DNA of 59,852 nucleotides, counting the filler, from Sphacelaria rigidula (Eukaryota), in assembly GCA_964200075.2 (NCBI GenBank). It is 3 parts of 3 records of this genome, joined end to end, with 100 filler letters (N's around TTAATTAATTAA, not from the genome) between each part and the next. Parts side by side here need not be neighbours in the genome. Positions count along the whole stretch, not along the records: positions 1 to 19,894 come from CAXNAA020000595.1; 2 more parts are not named here. One strand, written 5' to 3'. Both the position numbers and the translations under genes were made by a program. Numbering within the stretch: position 1 is the stretch's first letter; every line of letters begins with the position of its first letter. Under the pieces are notes generated by a model that saw only the letters and a list, made by a program, of their open reading frames with translations, did not search any database and was not told the origin of the DNA. Shown in pieces: positions 1 to 13,300 of this stretch.

Positions 1-20
1 GGCCCCCCCCCCCCCCCCCC

Positions 21-75
21 GTCTGTCAAAGATCAAACGACTAAGGCAAGCAACAAATGAGTACACCCCTCCCCT
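21..75 (-). mobile_element. Short poly-G/C-associated insertion, copy 1 (GTACTCATTTGTTGCTTGCCTTAGTC family)
   Basis: Plus strand reads gactaaggcaagcaacaaatgagtac then a C-rich run, preceded by C18. Same core as the copies at 10041, 39975, 42875 and 59764. Confidence 0.75.
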
Positions 76-1919
76 TAGTGTTGTGCCTTACATATTTGTT
101 GTATGTTTTGCCCAAAACCACTATTGTAGCGGCATGAAGGCCTCTGCAAACCGCTCATTTGCTGCTGAAGTGTCCCAATAAACACAACACAAATGGTTTA
201 GTGATGTGGACTTTTGTTCACTCCCCACCCTTGCGAGTGTCAGCGTCGGTTGACAACGACGCTGTAAAACGTCACTAAACGCGTAAGCTAGGCAACCGGG
301 CAACCATTTTTTTCGCTCGCGTTTTGTTGCGGTCACCATGATGGTCGAGCTGGATCATATCTTGCGGGGTAAGGAACCCAAACTCCGCGCAAAGGGGGAT
401 AGTCGTACTAAGTAGTGTTGGTATGGTGAGACACCCATGAGGCAGTGCGTAATCCGTGACTGTCTAAAGAAATGGCGATAGCAAAAAACTAAGCAATTCA
501 TGGTAGGCCGTCATCCATATGCAACATATTCAGTACGCTTCGGGTCGAAAAATCTCAGCAGGATTCTGCTCACCCCTCATGCGACTCGCTGAGGGCATGA
601 CGGCGCTTCGCGTTTGGGGATTGCGAGCCTGGTCCGGCGAAAGTCCGCGTTGCTCCCTCCCGGCTTTGTAGGGGTGCGAGATCAACGATCTTGATAATGA
701 GCACACCCCTCCTTCATAGTATTCGGCACGGTCTCCGGCAAACCCCAAAACCCAGTCGCCTCAGTAGGTTTTCTTTATTTACATCAGTTCGGTTCTGATG
801 GCTGCCGGTCAGCACATACCAAAGTCTCGCCCACGTTGTACATCTTTGCTCCTACTCCAGGAATATACTCTCGAGACCTGAACTAACTTCACTTGAAGAG
901 GTCTGACCACGTTTGACAAACTAGCGGCGTGGATTAGAGTACGCCCCTCTCCCAGCCCCCCGCCGCCAAAATTTGGTCTCGAAGATTTTTTTTAGTGTGG
1001 TGTTGGAAGTTAAAAAGTATGGCACCCCTTGACTCAGCAAATATGAAATTTTTGTAAAATAATAGGTTTTCCCACCAGCTTGATTTTGAAGGCAATACCT
1101 ACAGTAGGTAGGTGTCTAGATGCTGAAATCTCAAGTGATTGTTCCTACAAAACCTATTGCCAGGATATTTTGATTCGAAAGACGGAAAAATGAAAGTGAG
1201 CACATGTCAAGTCGGTTGCATCTCGAGTTTGCATCGGACTGCAAAATTTCACTTGTCAAACTCTGAGCAACCACGGGGTAGTAGGAGGGTTGTGACTGTT
1301 GCTCGTTTTTCACTCTCGACTCTCATCTCGCGATATAAGTCGTCCAAAAAAACTACTTCGCAGTACATTGTTCCAAAGGGACGCACACAATCTCGTCTCC
1401 TGAACAGTCGACATTCTCGCGTCTTCGTTGCGCTTGATGTAAACTGCAGAAAAAGTGACAGATATGATAGAAAACGTTGAAGAGAAAATAATGTTGCTCA
1501 GGAACAAATGGTCCGTCGTCATTTACCAAATATATGCTTGTTCCTGTGATGATTCTGATTCAGCGTTCACACTGCCGACCAGACGTGCCACGCGGACCAC
1601 GCTCACGCGCAAGCATGACGGATGTCATTCGCGGAGTTATGTGCAATTGCCGTTTCTTCCATTCATCAACTACACGAACCGTTCATGCTAGAGGCTGTAA
1701 CCATCACCGATCACGCCCATCTTCAAATGGGTGGCGTCCACAGCCGCCCAAAACACGGTGCAATCGGGGCGATTGTTTCTATCATCACCACAGCCCGTGA
1801 CCACCAGGCCAACTGTACACTTCCTGTGAAAAAATGGGGACATGCAGACGAGGTCTCGCACTCTGTCCAGGAGTTCAGGATACATTTCTTGTCTTCATTT
1901 CCCCAGATTTTATTTATTC

Positions 1920-2232
1920 TGTCACACTTTGAACCCCTCCCCCTCCTCAGGACGAGTCCGTGACCTCAAGGGATCAACCCATCTCTCCCCCGGTACACGC
2001 CTTGCATTTGGGTCTCGCGGATTGGATCAATACTCCCGCTCCGCGTCAACTCTCGTTAAACAAACCCAGTCAATCAAGCCATTGGTTTCTAGCCACGCCC
2101 TCCCGCTATCACAGGCAGAATTCAGATACAGTACTTGTAGGAAGAGAAAACCTAAATGAATCTGGCGGGGGCGGAACCCCGCGTTCTCCCCACCCCAACG
2201 ACGCCGGTTGAACCGTTAGACAATTGCAACGA
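1920..2232 (-). mobile_element. tRNA-derived SINE, family A (near full length)
   Basis: Body (gaacccctccccctcctcaggacgagtccgtg...aagggatcaacccatctc) recurs at 20930, 27893 and 52843. The minus-strand head has degenerate A-box-like (ttgtctaacgg) and B-box-like (ggttccgcccc) motifs. Confidence 0.7.
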
Positions 2233-2591
2233 CGATGGTGTGAAATTTCAAATCTGACTCTTCAATGTCATCGAGAGACAGTTCGTTTTCAGGTGACACT
2301 TTTTCGTGCTTCCTAGACATATCGGCTTGTGCTTTCACCGCGGGCCTCACGTTAAGGTGGTGGGTATACTTGTCGTGCAAACAAAAGTTGACCGGCGTAA
2401 AACGGGGTCCTACCTTGAAGTGGATTGGCCCCCCAACTACCCCAGGAGAAAAATCCAGGCCGGTTTCCACCACGGTAAAGCGGGGGTACCACCATTCTGC
2501 AGCATCGAGTACCGTAATCGTTCCCAAGCGCTTTAATCGCCGGTGAATTTCTTGTCGTATTTGGCCGCGGCATCTTTCCTTCCCGTTTCAG

Positions 2592-2702
2592 GTAACCGCC
2601 GTGGAGGCGGTGGAAGATGAAGAGCTCGTGGACGTCAACCAAAAGGAAGCCAGTGCTCTGGAAGAGCGACTGAAGTCGGCGGGCGTACCTTTCGAGCCTT
2701 GA
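2592..2702 (+). CDS. Terminal coding exon of an unidentified gene (VTAVEAVEDEELVDVNQKEASALEERLKSAGVPFEP*)
   Basis: Polypyrimidine tract plus acceptor (tctttccttcccgtttcag), then 37 codons ending in TGA with natural acidic composition. Upstream exons not identified. Confidence 0.6.
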   Translation, partial: VTAVEAVEDEELVDVNQKEASALEERLKSAGVPFEP

Positions 2703-2844
2703 CCTAGTGTTGGGCTGGGGCCTCAAGACGAATGCATGTCGTTTCTGGTCACGTAATGTCGACATCTTTTCACACGGGAGGGGGGTGTCGTCCAGCCCTC
2801 TACAAACGCGCAGAGTGGAGGCTGTGCTATTCATACAGTACGGG

Positions 2845-3072
2845 TATATATATATATATATATATACATACACGCCATGGATCATGTTTCATGTACAGGT
2901 ACTGGCTTATTTATGCTCGATGCTTTCAGCAACTGTTTTTTCTGTGTTATGAGGATATTTCCGATTTTTGCGATATTGTCTTTCCCTTGCTCAAAAAAAT
3001 AAATCAAGTGACCAACCATCCATCCATCCATCCATCCATCCATCCAATTAATTATTATTATATATATATAAT
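2845..3072. repeat. Microsatellites: (TA)n at ~2845-2866, (CCAT)n at ~3018-3045, (TA)n at ~3058-3070
   Basis: Directly visible. Confidence 0.95.
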
Positions 3073-4104
3073 TTAAAATTTTATCAGCTATTGCTGCACG
3101 AAACTACAAATGAATGCTATGTGTGTTATACGGATTTGTGGATGCTTTAGACGGAGATCGCCGATGTTCGTCGTGGCCAGCGGAAGGTGCGTGTCGTTTT
3201 TGTGTATTTTTCTTCTCACACGCTTTTCGAAGGTACCGCGATTGTCGAAAGCCTGATTGTTTGATTTGGTTCCTTGGGCGATGGAATTTGAAACATGACT
3301 TTCCAAGTTTGACACGCACGACATGAATCGCGAATTTCACACCTACGGCGGCATGTATCATGGAACCCACAGACACAGTCTTCTCCAATCATCGTGGGAA
3401 GGAACGCGAGTCTGACCCCCAGCTATATGGCTGTGCAATGTTCGTGTATCCGACGGTTCCCCAACATCTTGCATGTATTACGGAAAATCGCCACCTGCGG
3501 CATGGCTCAGCAGCGACCCGGGAGCTGCACCGCGACAACCGCTTGCGTTGTTTTTGTCACTTCCGTCCACGACTTGGTTCTCCGCAGGCATATAAAACGT
3601 ATGAGAACGCTCAAAGATCGACAGTTGCCTCCCTAAACGAGCGCGTCTGTGGTTCAAGAGTAGCGACAACCGCTGGTTGCTCGACTAGATCCCCCATCCT
3701 GTCGATCTCGTCGACAACAAGAATACTAACGCAAACATCGCGCCCTTCATCGAAGATCCCGGCACGGCACAACTCGTCACGATCCTCGAAAATCAAGCTC
3801 CCACGGCCCACGCGGATCTTGGTGATATCGACTAAAATCTGCCGGTCCCCGCCATGAAATCAAGAGCAACATCGATCGCACTCACGAATGTTTCCATGAT
3901 CACCCTTGACATACAATCGCAGGCTTCTTCCCTACCTCGTGCTGCACGCCTTGCTCCTTCGTTTGAGATGTTTTGAGAACATCATGCCCCCATAATCTAC
4001 GATGAGACGATGTGACTGACAGCCGATCATCAAAATTGAGGATGGAGCTTTTCATCGAGAATGAGAACCCGGAGGATTCAAATCTTCGTATCCACACCAA
4101 TTCT

Positions 4105-4385
4105 TCGAAATATGGTTCCATTCCTTCACCTACTGGTAGCTGTTGACAACTGCTACTGTACACGCCCTACAATTTAAGGATTGCGTTGGCCGACATGTTG
4201 GCGTCCTAGATGAGAGACGAGTTCGGGGAATTTAGGTGATCCGATCGGATCGCCGAAATTCCCCGAAATTAGTTTTTCACCTAGGACCCCAACATTTCGG
4301 TTATCGAATTTAAAGTTTCAAATTTGTGTGACGCGTGGTACCTGTCAATAGCTACCAATAGGTAAGGAATTGAATCATATTTCAA
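4105..4385. repeat. Imperfect palindrome/foldback centred at ~4244-4245 (probable MITE relic)
   Basis: ccgacatgttggcgtcctagatgagagacgagttcggggaatttaggtgatccga is the near reverse complement of the next ~55 nt. Outer arms gaaatatggttccattccttcacctactggtagctgttgaca and tgtcaatagctaccaataggtaaggaattgaatcatatttc also pair. Confidence 0.8.
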
Positions 4386-5084
4386 CAGCCTGAATCCGAT
4401 TTTGAGGTTCAACATTTGGGAGAGGTTGAAGTCGTCATTGAAATTTCATTTATTGTGTCCAATAGGCTCGGGATGCGCAAGCAGTTTCGGCCATGCCATT
4501 GGTGCCAGAAGCTTTTATACGGCAGCCCAAGCATGATGAGCAGTCAAAAAAAAAAAAACACCGGCAGGGTGCGGCGTTCTGTGAACAGGACGTGCCTCTA
4601 AGCGCTACAGAACACGTAACAGGGCGATGTCCCCGTCGCGCAACTGCCGCTGACGCAGGTACGGTACCGGTTGTTTGCGTACATGCATACTTTCGAAGTG
4701 ATGGGCAGGGAAAATGTAGCGGCGAGGTACTCGCCTGCTGCGCCGACACGAGCATGAGCTACCGCACCTCCTGTAACGTCTACAGCTCGTGAAGTGGTGG
4801 GTACATCTAAGCGCATAGCTAATCGAAAGCAAGCATGCTGGAAACAAATTTCTTTGAACTAGTCATCAAGTTTTCGAGCGCCTCTTGTTTAGTATCTGAG
4901 CGAGACTTCGTACTGTTGCCACCGGCGACGACCGCCGTCAGCGAAACGATCCAACACGGCGACAGACGCCAGCGATCTTTGAAACGTAACATCATTCAGC
5001 AGTCCGCTGAGATACACTGTCACCAGCGTACAGCATCATGACGCACGTAGTTGCTCGTGGCAACAGACCCCCTGTGGTTGTGAC

Positions 5085-5592
5085 TAGAGGTGGGCACGTG
5101 TAAAAAAACCCCGGTTATAACCGGTTCTTGAAAACCCCAATGGGCGTTTACCGATTACGGTTCTTGAATGCAAAAACGAGAGTTTTTCTTCTGTTTTTTT
5201 CCCCGGGTTATGAATGTTACGTACGACGTTGTAAGTAATTGTGGTACAGGTTGAGCGTGTGACGGTTGTGACGTTCATTCAGACGTCACAAACGTATCAT
5301 AATGTGACGTGTGACGTTTAGCGTGACGTGTAATGTTTCATGTGACATGTAACGTATAAAATACGCTACACGTTACAGGAAACGTTTCAGAATATGTCAC
5401 TGTGACGTAACGTAAAATGTATTTTTTTATACGTCACATTTGTGACGTAACGTAACGCACCCGTAAAACATGTGACGTCACGTAACGTATCAATTTTCAT
5501 ACGTCAAAAAGTGTGACGTGATGCAGTCACGCATAATTTTTCATACGTCACATTTGTGACGTAACGCGTAACGTGTAGCGCACAGAGCCCTG
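5085..5592. mobile_element. Non-autonomous DNA-transposon relic(s), hAT-like ends with dense GTGACG/GTAACG subterminal repeats
   Basis: Left end tagaggtggg with aaccggtt motifs. Many gtgacg/gtaacg/acgtca motifs at 5250-5580. Right end cagagccctg (rc CAGGGCTCTG). The ends do not match each other, so probably a composite. Confidence 0.5.
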
Positions 5593-5682
5593 ATGTTTTT
5601 GGAGGGGTGGTATCGCAGCGACCGATCACCGGTCGTTTTTCAGAAAGGGGATTTTGAAAAAGGGGATTATCCTCTTCGTTAA

Positions 5683-5783
5683 CCCTTAGACCGCGAAATT
5701 ATTAGTCTTTCTAGATCATGCATACTTTTGTTCACTTGAAATTGATGTTGATTCAACAGAAGACTAGCCTCGCGGTCTGAGGG
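5683..5783. mobile_element. piggyBac-like MITE (~100 bp)
   Basis: TIRs cccttagaccgcga / tcgcggtctgaggg. Flanked by TTAA (5679-5682) and TTCA (5784-5787, mutated TTAA). Confidence 0.7.
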
Positions 5784-7320
5784 TTCAAGAAGGGGCGGGC
5801 CTCGGTTGCTGGAAACGTTTCACAGATGACAGATAACACCGATATTTCCAGCTATTTGGCTTCGCCAACTAACTGATTGGAAGAACATCGATTAAGTGAC
5901 ACGGTTACCCCAGGCCACCGTCCTGAAGCTTGTAAACCTCTCGCTATAATTCGTAGGTAACACTTTTTCAGCGCGTCTTCTTCAGCCACTCTCTCTCGCC
6001 ACTCGTGCAAGAAGAGGAGGATATTCAACCCGTGCGAATCACCATGCCATCCATAAAGTATTTTCACAAAGCTATGTATAATAGTGAACGCACCACAATG
6101 AATGCGCGAATGCGGGCAATATGTATGTCCATAATACAGCAGCTCTGTAATGTGAGATAATCTGTACACAAGGACATGATGTAATAACAGTGTCAGCATC
6201 TCACCTGCATCCACAAATGAATGCAGTTGACACCAATCTGAGATGGGGATGGCAGAGGTTTTGAAAAAATCGCCGTCGCGGTATCGGAGCGGGGTGGGAC
6301 CGTCGCGGTGTCGAGGTTGGGCGGGTAAATATTTCACGTGATATTATTGCGCTCCAATATTTTCTGTTTTTCTATACGAGCTATATGGCGCGTTATTGTT
6401 CATAATCGTGAACAAAGAGGACGAAGCATCTGACCTGGCTGTTGTCGACTAGATGAACATATTTTCCTAGATTAGACAGTCAAGAAGATGATATCCCGAT
6501 CACGGCCCAATTCGCCTTCGTCGATGAGATATAACAAATAATATTATTGCTGTGTGGCGGTTTGAATTTTCTGTCTTCAGGCTGGTATATTTATGTCATT
6601 CTCCTTCGTGTTACGATACGATAGCTCGTAGCTAGCTCGTGTCATTTCTTCTTCATCTTCAATTCTTGAAATTGAAATAATGCGGGGGTAGGCGTGGAAG
6701 GTTTCAAATGCGCTACGGGTAAATCTTTAAATCTTTCCACGCGAAACGGCTCTTCTTTTCTAATATGAAGGGTAGGTGCGGAGGGTCCAAAACTCACCAT
6801 CGCCCCGGGTGAATCTTTCCGCGTGTAAACGGCTCCTCGTTCAAACATGAAAGAAAAACCTTACTACAGATTGTGCGTGCGGTAGAGTACAGTTGTAGTA
6901 GTATGAAAACGAATTGATGTATGTGCACAACAGGCAGTAGTACAAATCGTTGAGATTAATCGAATCATGCAAATATGCAGGGGAACAAAGTGTAACTTGC
7001 CGTCACCTGTAAACGCTCGCCACCCGCGCGCCGCGGACCCAGTATACCGTCATAATCTCAATCCCAGTGCGTCATTCGACACTACCATATACACAACCCC
7101 ATAAACACTCACAGCCTGTTGGCATACATACAGCTCCTCTTGTAGAAGCATCTCCACGGGATAAAGGTATCGGCAGTTGAACGCGTGCTACTGCCGTGTG
7201 CTGCCCAAAAATTTGGCGCGGATATCAGAAGCTCGGTCAGGCAGATCAAGATCTACCTTCACCAAACAGTGAGCAAGCGAAATAAGCGAGAACGCCACAG
7301 GAAGACTTGCCCTGTCATCG

Positions 7321-10300
7321 ATGCCTCCTCCTCAGAAGACTATGCGATTGCTCTCTCCAGGAAGTGGTCTTCCTGACAGTGCATCAAAGACGGGCGGCGG
7401 AGCATTTTCCCATTCGGGTCCTGAAAGTCTACCGTGGGGTGACAATGCAGCGGGCTTCGGCAACTGTAACGGGTAAGCGAGTCAACTTGACGTGCAAGTA
7501 CCCGTATACCTGCAAGCTCGCGAAGGGCTCCCTCGTGTCTCAGTATTGAAGACTTGATCAATAATATTGTCGTTTCAGGACTCAAACTTGACATGAAACT
7601 CCTCTGAGCTGTGACGAAAAACGTCGCGTGCCGAGGCTGGAAGAGAGCGGCTGCTGTACGTGTACGCTACTGCCTGCGTGACCCGCTTGGCTATGCATTA
7701 CTGCAGTACGCTGTACTACACTGTACTGTAGTCTGTACTCGCCTTAGTATTGCTACAACTACTGCGGTCACTACTGTACGATAGCTCGGTATCTTGGGAT
7801 GGATATTGCATGAGGACTTTATTTTTATCGTCAAGAGTTTGAAAAATCGTCAGAGTTTGATGGCGTGCGTAAGTTTTCAAACAAGCATCAAACACTGTGT
7901 ATCGCGCAGTCTTCAGAAACCGTCATTCATTTTCCCCCTGATGTGTATAGATTCCACTACTTCTGTACATGGTGATTATCGCACAAAAAACTTCATCGCT
8001 GTCTGGCCAAGCCCAGCGATTTATGCTTTCACTGGCAGGTTTCAAGAAGGGGTGTCAGCTTCAACTGCGTGGCTTCAAATCTGTACGACGGTTTGTTGAA
8101 CGGCGGTCTTGCATCTACAACAACAGTACGAGTAGTGCTGACTTTGTAGATACTGACTCTTGGTACTTTGAAGATATACAAGAAGCCTGTCATCAACCCG
8201 CCCGAGGTCAAGATGTGGTCTTGTTGATGCGTTTTTCATGTCGACCGTGTGGGGCGTTCCTCCCTGGTGCTGCACGTCGAAACTCCCAGATCACCACGAA
8301 AACCTTCTGGGGCCAAGCCTTTCTGGCTTTGTGCGAACGGCCTCACCGATGGCATCAGTAGTGGATCGTCGTGGGAGGGCTCTGCAATCGTAACGACCAC
8401 ACCAGCATCAGCTCTGGGTCTGGCGACAGGAAACAGCGCCACTACAACAATAAGCAATTCCTCGCGACTTTGTGGCAATTCAGCGGCAACGGAAGACCTA
8501 GATGATGGTGAATTCACTGTGATCCGACCTGCTCTACTTATACTGCAAAGTAATCAAACAACGATGGGTCCTGTTGACCTACATCTACCTCAAAATGCCG
8601 GCATCAGCGACGACGAGAATAGTATCAACACGGATTGCCCCGGAAATGGAGATTTAAATGATGACGTCATAAGTGTAACGGACGAAACCGTCGGTTATTT
8701 CTGTGAAGGCGTTTCACCGCCGGGAAGATCACTAGGCCAGTACCCTCCGCCCCAGCTGCCAGAACAATCAAGCCAGCTTGTAACGTCAAGCTGCCCAGCA
8801 GCTTTCCCATTTGACTTCCCGCTCTTTTCCGGCAACACGCCGTCGGTGTCACCATCACAATCAAAAACTGTCCCCGACGTCATACGGGCGAAAAAAGATC
8901 GAGCGAGCAGCTACATCACGGGAGAGCAAGGTCAGCGAGCTACAACAGACCAAGGGATCGGCATCGGCGGTTGTCACTCTCGCCGCGACTACCGTAGCTT
9001 CACACGAGCTATGCGGTGGGTGGCGATGACAGCGGCTATAGATGTAACAGATATCTCCGTAGACGCGGGAGGGGATCCGGGGGGAAGAGGTGCAGCTCCC
9101 CATAACAGTGCTGCTCTGATTGCTGCGGATATGCCGCGGTTACCAGGGGAGCCAAGTGACAAGCAGGCGGTGGAAATAATCCTCCGAAGATTTTGCAAAA
9201 TGTACCCTGGTGTTGGATACAATCAGGTGAGTGTGATTAGGACGAATCCTCTTATAAGGTTTTCAAACCTCGATATAGGTTGACAGAGTGTTGCAGTTAT
9301 TGCTGTTTGAGGGTTGTCCTCCCGGTCGTGTCGCCTGGGGCTCGGCTTCATTAATTCATCCGCCTCGGCTTCAGGTTTTACGACTCCAGGAACCAATCGT
9401 TCGTTGCCAAATGGCGAAGATGTATGGAACAAGAATACATTCATGCATATTTCTTTGCGGAGGTACACTCCACCCGAGCAGAGCACGAACGTAGCCTTTT
9501 GGATGTGAAGAAGAAGAACGTGTACGGCGGTACGCTCGTATGTGTTTCAAGCTTGTTCGAGAAGGTCTACTGTAGTATTGGCCACAGGACTGAAGGGTAG
9601 CGCAGGAGTTAGCATACATGAAGCGACGATCAATCTCTCACTGCATGCATTTTCTGCGAATACAGTTGATCTACCTTCCTCTAACATCATCATGTGACTT
9701 GTGGTGTGTGAAGATGTACACGTAAAAATGTGCCCACGAGGCGATGGTAGTCGAGTTTTGCATGAATTCGAATACCCCTTCAGTCCAAAAGTTGTATGAG
9801 TGATTGTTGATGCTAACTCTCGATTTGCCGGGTACCCTCTCTGTTCACCTCTTCCAGGGGTACGACAGTGCGTGCATGGCTATATATCTAGCAGCTGGTC
9901 ATGACGCCACAGCAACGATGCCAGTATTCGCAAAGTGGGCCGCATGCACGGGCGTGTTCATGTTTCACATTGCTGAAGGAGAACATCAAACAGCCTGTGA
10001 CAAGGTTAGTGGAAGCAGGAGGAGGTAGACGGGAGGTGGGGCGTACTGATTTGTTGCTTGCCCTGAGTCATTTCGAGTAGAGGGAGGTGAGGAGGGTGTA
10101 CTCGTGATCTTGCATGCTGTAGTAGGTAAACTAAATCAGAGTAGGGTAGAGGAGGCGGGGGGGAGAGGATTACTTGACCTTGGTTCGTTCCAATAAATCG
10201 TACAGAGCCAATCCGTTCTTCTGCAGAAGGGAGCGGAGGAGGGCGTTCCTTGTGTACGTTGCACTCGTTTACTGGAGTCTGGATTCCAGGGCTATCTTCC

Positions 10301-13300
10301 AAACGCCACACCCGTCGTTGCTGGACTTGTAAAGATGACCGCGAAATACAGCGCCAAGAATTCATGTCAAAATCTGACTACGAATGTTCCTGGTTCATGA
10401 TCTTGGCTGCAAGTAAAGCCCAGGCCGTTGTCGAATAAAAGTCGGAACTCATACATACCTCCTCCCCTGGCACATACGCGTCCCGTCCAATATCTTGTTC
10501 ACCGAGATGGGGACACGTGCGTTCCACACTTACTTTTTGACTGAAAATGACGCGTACTCAACCAATGATCCACCTTAGCGGCGCAAGGGTTATCACACTA
10601 TTCCCGTGACAATTTGTCGACCAGCCCCGTGAGTCATCTTGCCAAAACTTGCTTTAACGGGGTGTGGGAACACACGCTGGAGTGATGCTAGTACTTCCAT
10701 TTTAAACAAGTGGGGCTCCTGCGGCTACCTTTTCTTGGAGTTTCGTGACGAAAATTGAAAATGCAACTAGACTGACTGACTGCCTCTACAGCTTGAGTAC
10801 AGGCATTGCCCCTAAGGGCGTTTCGCATTGCAACGAAAGAGAGGAACGGCCTAAAGATGCGCTTTGAGTTGCACCAAGGTTGCTGTTGCCTTCCGACTGA
10901 AGACTCGCACGTTTCGTCGTGTTCGAACTCACTCAGAATAGTGGCTGCTACCGCTGCACTCACGAAAGTTGTGCATCTCGTGGGTCTGAGCGGGTTTATT
11001 CGTTGCCGCTGCGCACTCTGTACAGCACACCGGCCCTATCGAGTAGCTCCGCCTGTCTACTCTGCATTCTCCCAAGAAACACACACGACCGGCATGTTTG
11101 CGTTCACCATGAATCATTTCCACCATCAGCGGGTTCACTCTAGTTCGGCAGAAGATAGTCACGCTTCACGTACATTTCATTTTTATCGAACCGTAACGCT
11201 TACCCTTGACCTCAAACCGTAACCAAGTCAGATCGAGAACCCTCGGGCAATCAATGTTAATTCAAACGCAGTTGGCAAGTCTTGGCGCTGGTTTGAGCCA
11301 CTAGAGCGGCGCACGTGAGGGCACGCTGGGTGTGTGCTTGAAGACTTTGAGCCCTGAGGAGACCCGAATTCGATAAATCTACACCAAAATACATTCAAGT
11401 ATTCAACCATTGCTTATTTTCGCCGAACTAGGGCGGACAAATCCCACCGAAAATGGCTCACGCGTGAATGAACTGCGGATTGGCTCAAGGTTATGGTTGT
11501 GAATCGTCGTGTCCCCTCTTTTCTTCATGCCCCCCTGCATGTTTGCCGAGGGGAGTTCATTTGAAACATCGTCATGATCGTATGGACAGGGCAGTAAAGT
11601 GACGGCAGCAAGTGACATTTGACTATTCGTGCTGACACAGCACCCGAGACGCCGTCGTCAGGTTGGCTTCGCTGTTGTTTCTTGGGCTGGCTATTTCCGG
11701 ACCCATTCGGTCTGGTCGATTGAACCTTCGATCCTGTGTGTCCTGAAGTTCAGATGTCTTGCGCACAGTGTACCTCAAGGGCGTTAATTACACAATGTTC
11801 AACGTGGTGTGGTGACGTGTCCACCCGAGCACCCGCCACCGTCAACCATGTGCACTTCGCGGTCTTGTCGAATGTTCACTGTCGGGTTGTGTCTCTATTT
11901 TTCGTCCGCAGGCGGCCTCCTACGCTCGATTCATCCTCCGAAAACGAGCATCTTTCGTGTTCAGGTGGCTCTCGCGGGACCCTATCATGGCGGACGGTTT
12001 TGACATCGGCGACGCTCAAACTCTACTGGCCATGGTATTTTTAAGGTGAAAAATTGGTCCGTCGCGGCAACAACGCGGAAACGCTTCACGACGTGTAGTC
12101 AATCGAGAAGTTCGTCCGCACTCGAGTGCAGTCAGACAGTGCAGTTGGAGTACGCCTTCGTATCTCTTTGCTGTGCGACCGGCCAGGTTTCGGTCGGCGC
12201 GCATTTTGACACGAAACGCGATTTGGGTCAATCCAATGCGCATTGATGGGAAAAGTGCGGCACAAAAAGCGCCTGGCCACACAATAAACAAATCATTGTC
12301 TTCGAAAAAGCCCGACACGATGATGCCCAAGGGGTTCAGTAGAGTTGGCTTGCATTTTCCGCGCGGACGAGACTAGGGGTGAAATTTCATTTAGTGGGCA
12401 GCACGAGCTAGACATGAAATTTCGTGATGGCGCCGCGGTTCTTTCCGGTCGCCGGTTACAGCAGCAGCAGCAGTATGATCCAAGTACGAATGGAATATTG
12501 AACGATCAAGTGCACCGTACAAGTGCACCGAAGGACAAAATCACACATGTCCAGTTTCACGGCATCCGACATCGTGCAAGTAGTTTTCCGATTCTTTTCT
12601 TCAAACTCGTCGTGATTCAGTGGTTGCTTCACAGCGTGTGGCGCGTTTCATGTATCCCATTGTGGGTCAGCGTACCGTTGTTGCAGTTGGTACAACAACG
12701 ATTCAGGGCGCAGCATCACCAGTAGAACGCGTTTGTTCACTCCATCTCGTGACAATATAATGTTACGCCGCGAGCGAGCACTGGCAAAATTAATGGTGAG
12801 AAGAAAATGTACGAAAGGTCATCTCAACACACATCTTGGGAAGAACTCGGAAATACTGTTGCTTTTTGACCGGCCTGACAGCGTCGTTTCGTTGTGGGTG
12901 TTCAGTGTGTAACATGCCCCGCATATATACTGTCATGGAATAACTTGTGTATGCGTCGCGTTGTTCGTGACATCCCGGCATTGCTGCCACCACCACTGCT
13001 CCCCGCAGGCCGTTGGTTTCTCTAACCTCGAGGCTACAATTCCGACAAGAGCTCTTGGGGGACATTGTAGACAAGGTCCTAGACCACGGGCACGATGGAC
13101 CGGCCGTAATAATGTGGGTAACGTGCACTCTGATGTGCATGGCCGCCAGGGAGGACGGCGGGAAGCGGACCAAGAGGGGAGAGGTACGTAGGGTGGATGA
13201 TGCATTATGCTCTTCTTCATGAAACACGAATATGGCCTCTACTTTTTACTTCTTCTACGCCGACCCGGATAAACGGGGAGACGGCGTCACTCAACCGAAA

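Noticed and set aside
6642-6848. 68-aa minus ORF
   Set aside because: It consists largely of an internal diverged duplication (gagccgttt..ggaaagatt..acccg) and has no recognisable motif.
7110-7594. Possible minus-strand spliced gene with an in-frame TGA (RIVF*GGG), suggesting a selenoprotein
   Set aside because: It overlaps the plus-strand exon 7321-7472, which has a strong gtaagc donor and joins the TBC exon at 8290 in the correct phase. No selenoprotein family motif or SECIS was seen.
8039-8289. Apparent frameshift at T5 (8232-8236) joining ORF 7969 to ORF 8249, with a thioesterase-like RVGRSSL peptide
   Set aside because: More simply intronic. The acceptor at 8288-8289 gives a phase-consistent model with no frameshift.
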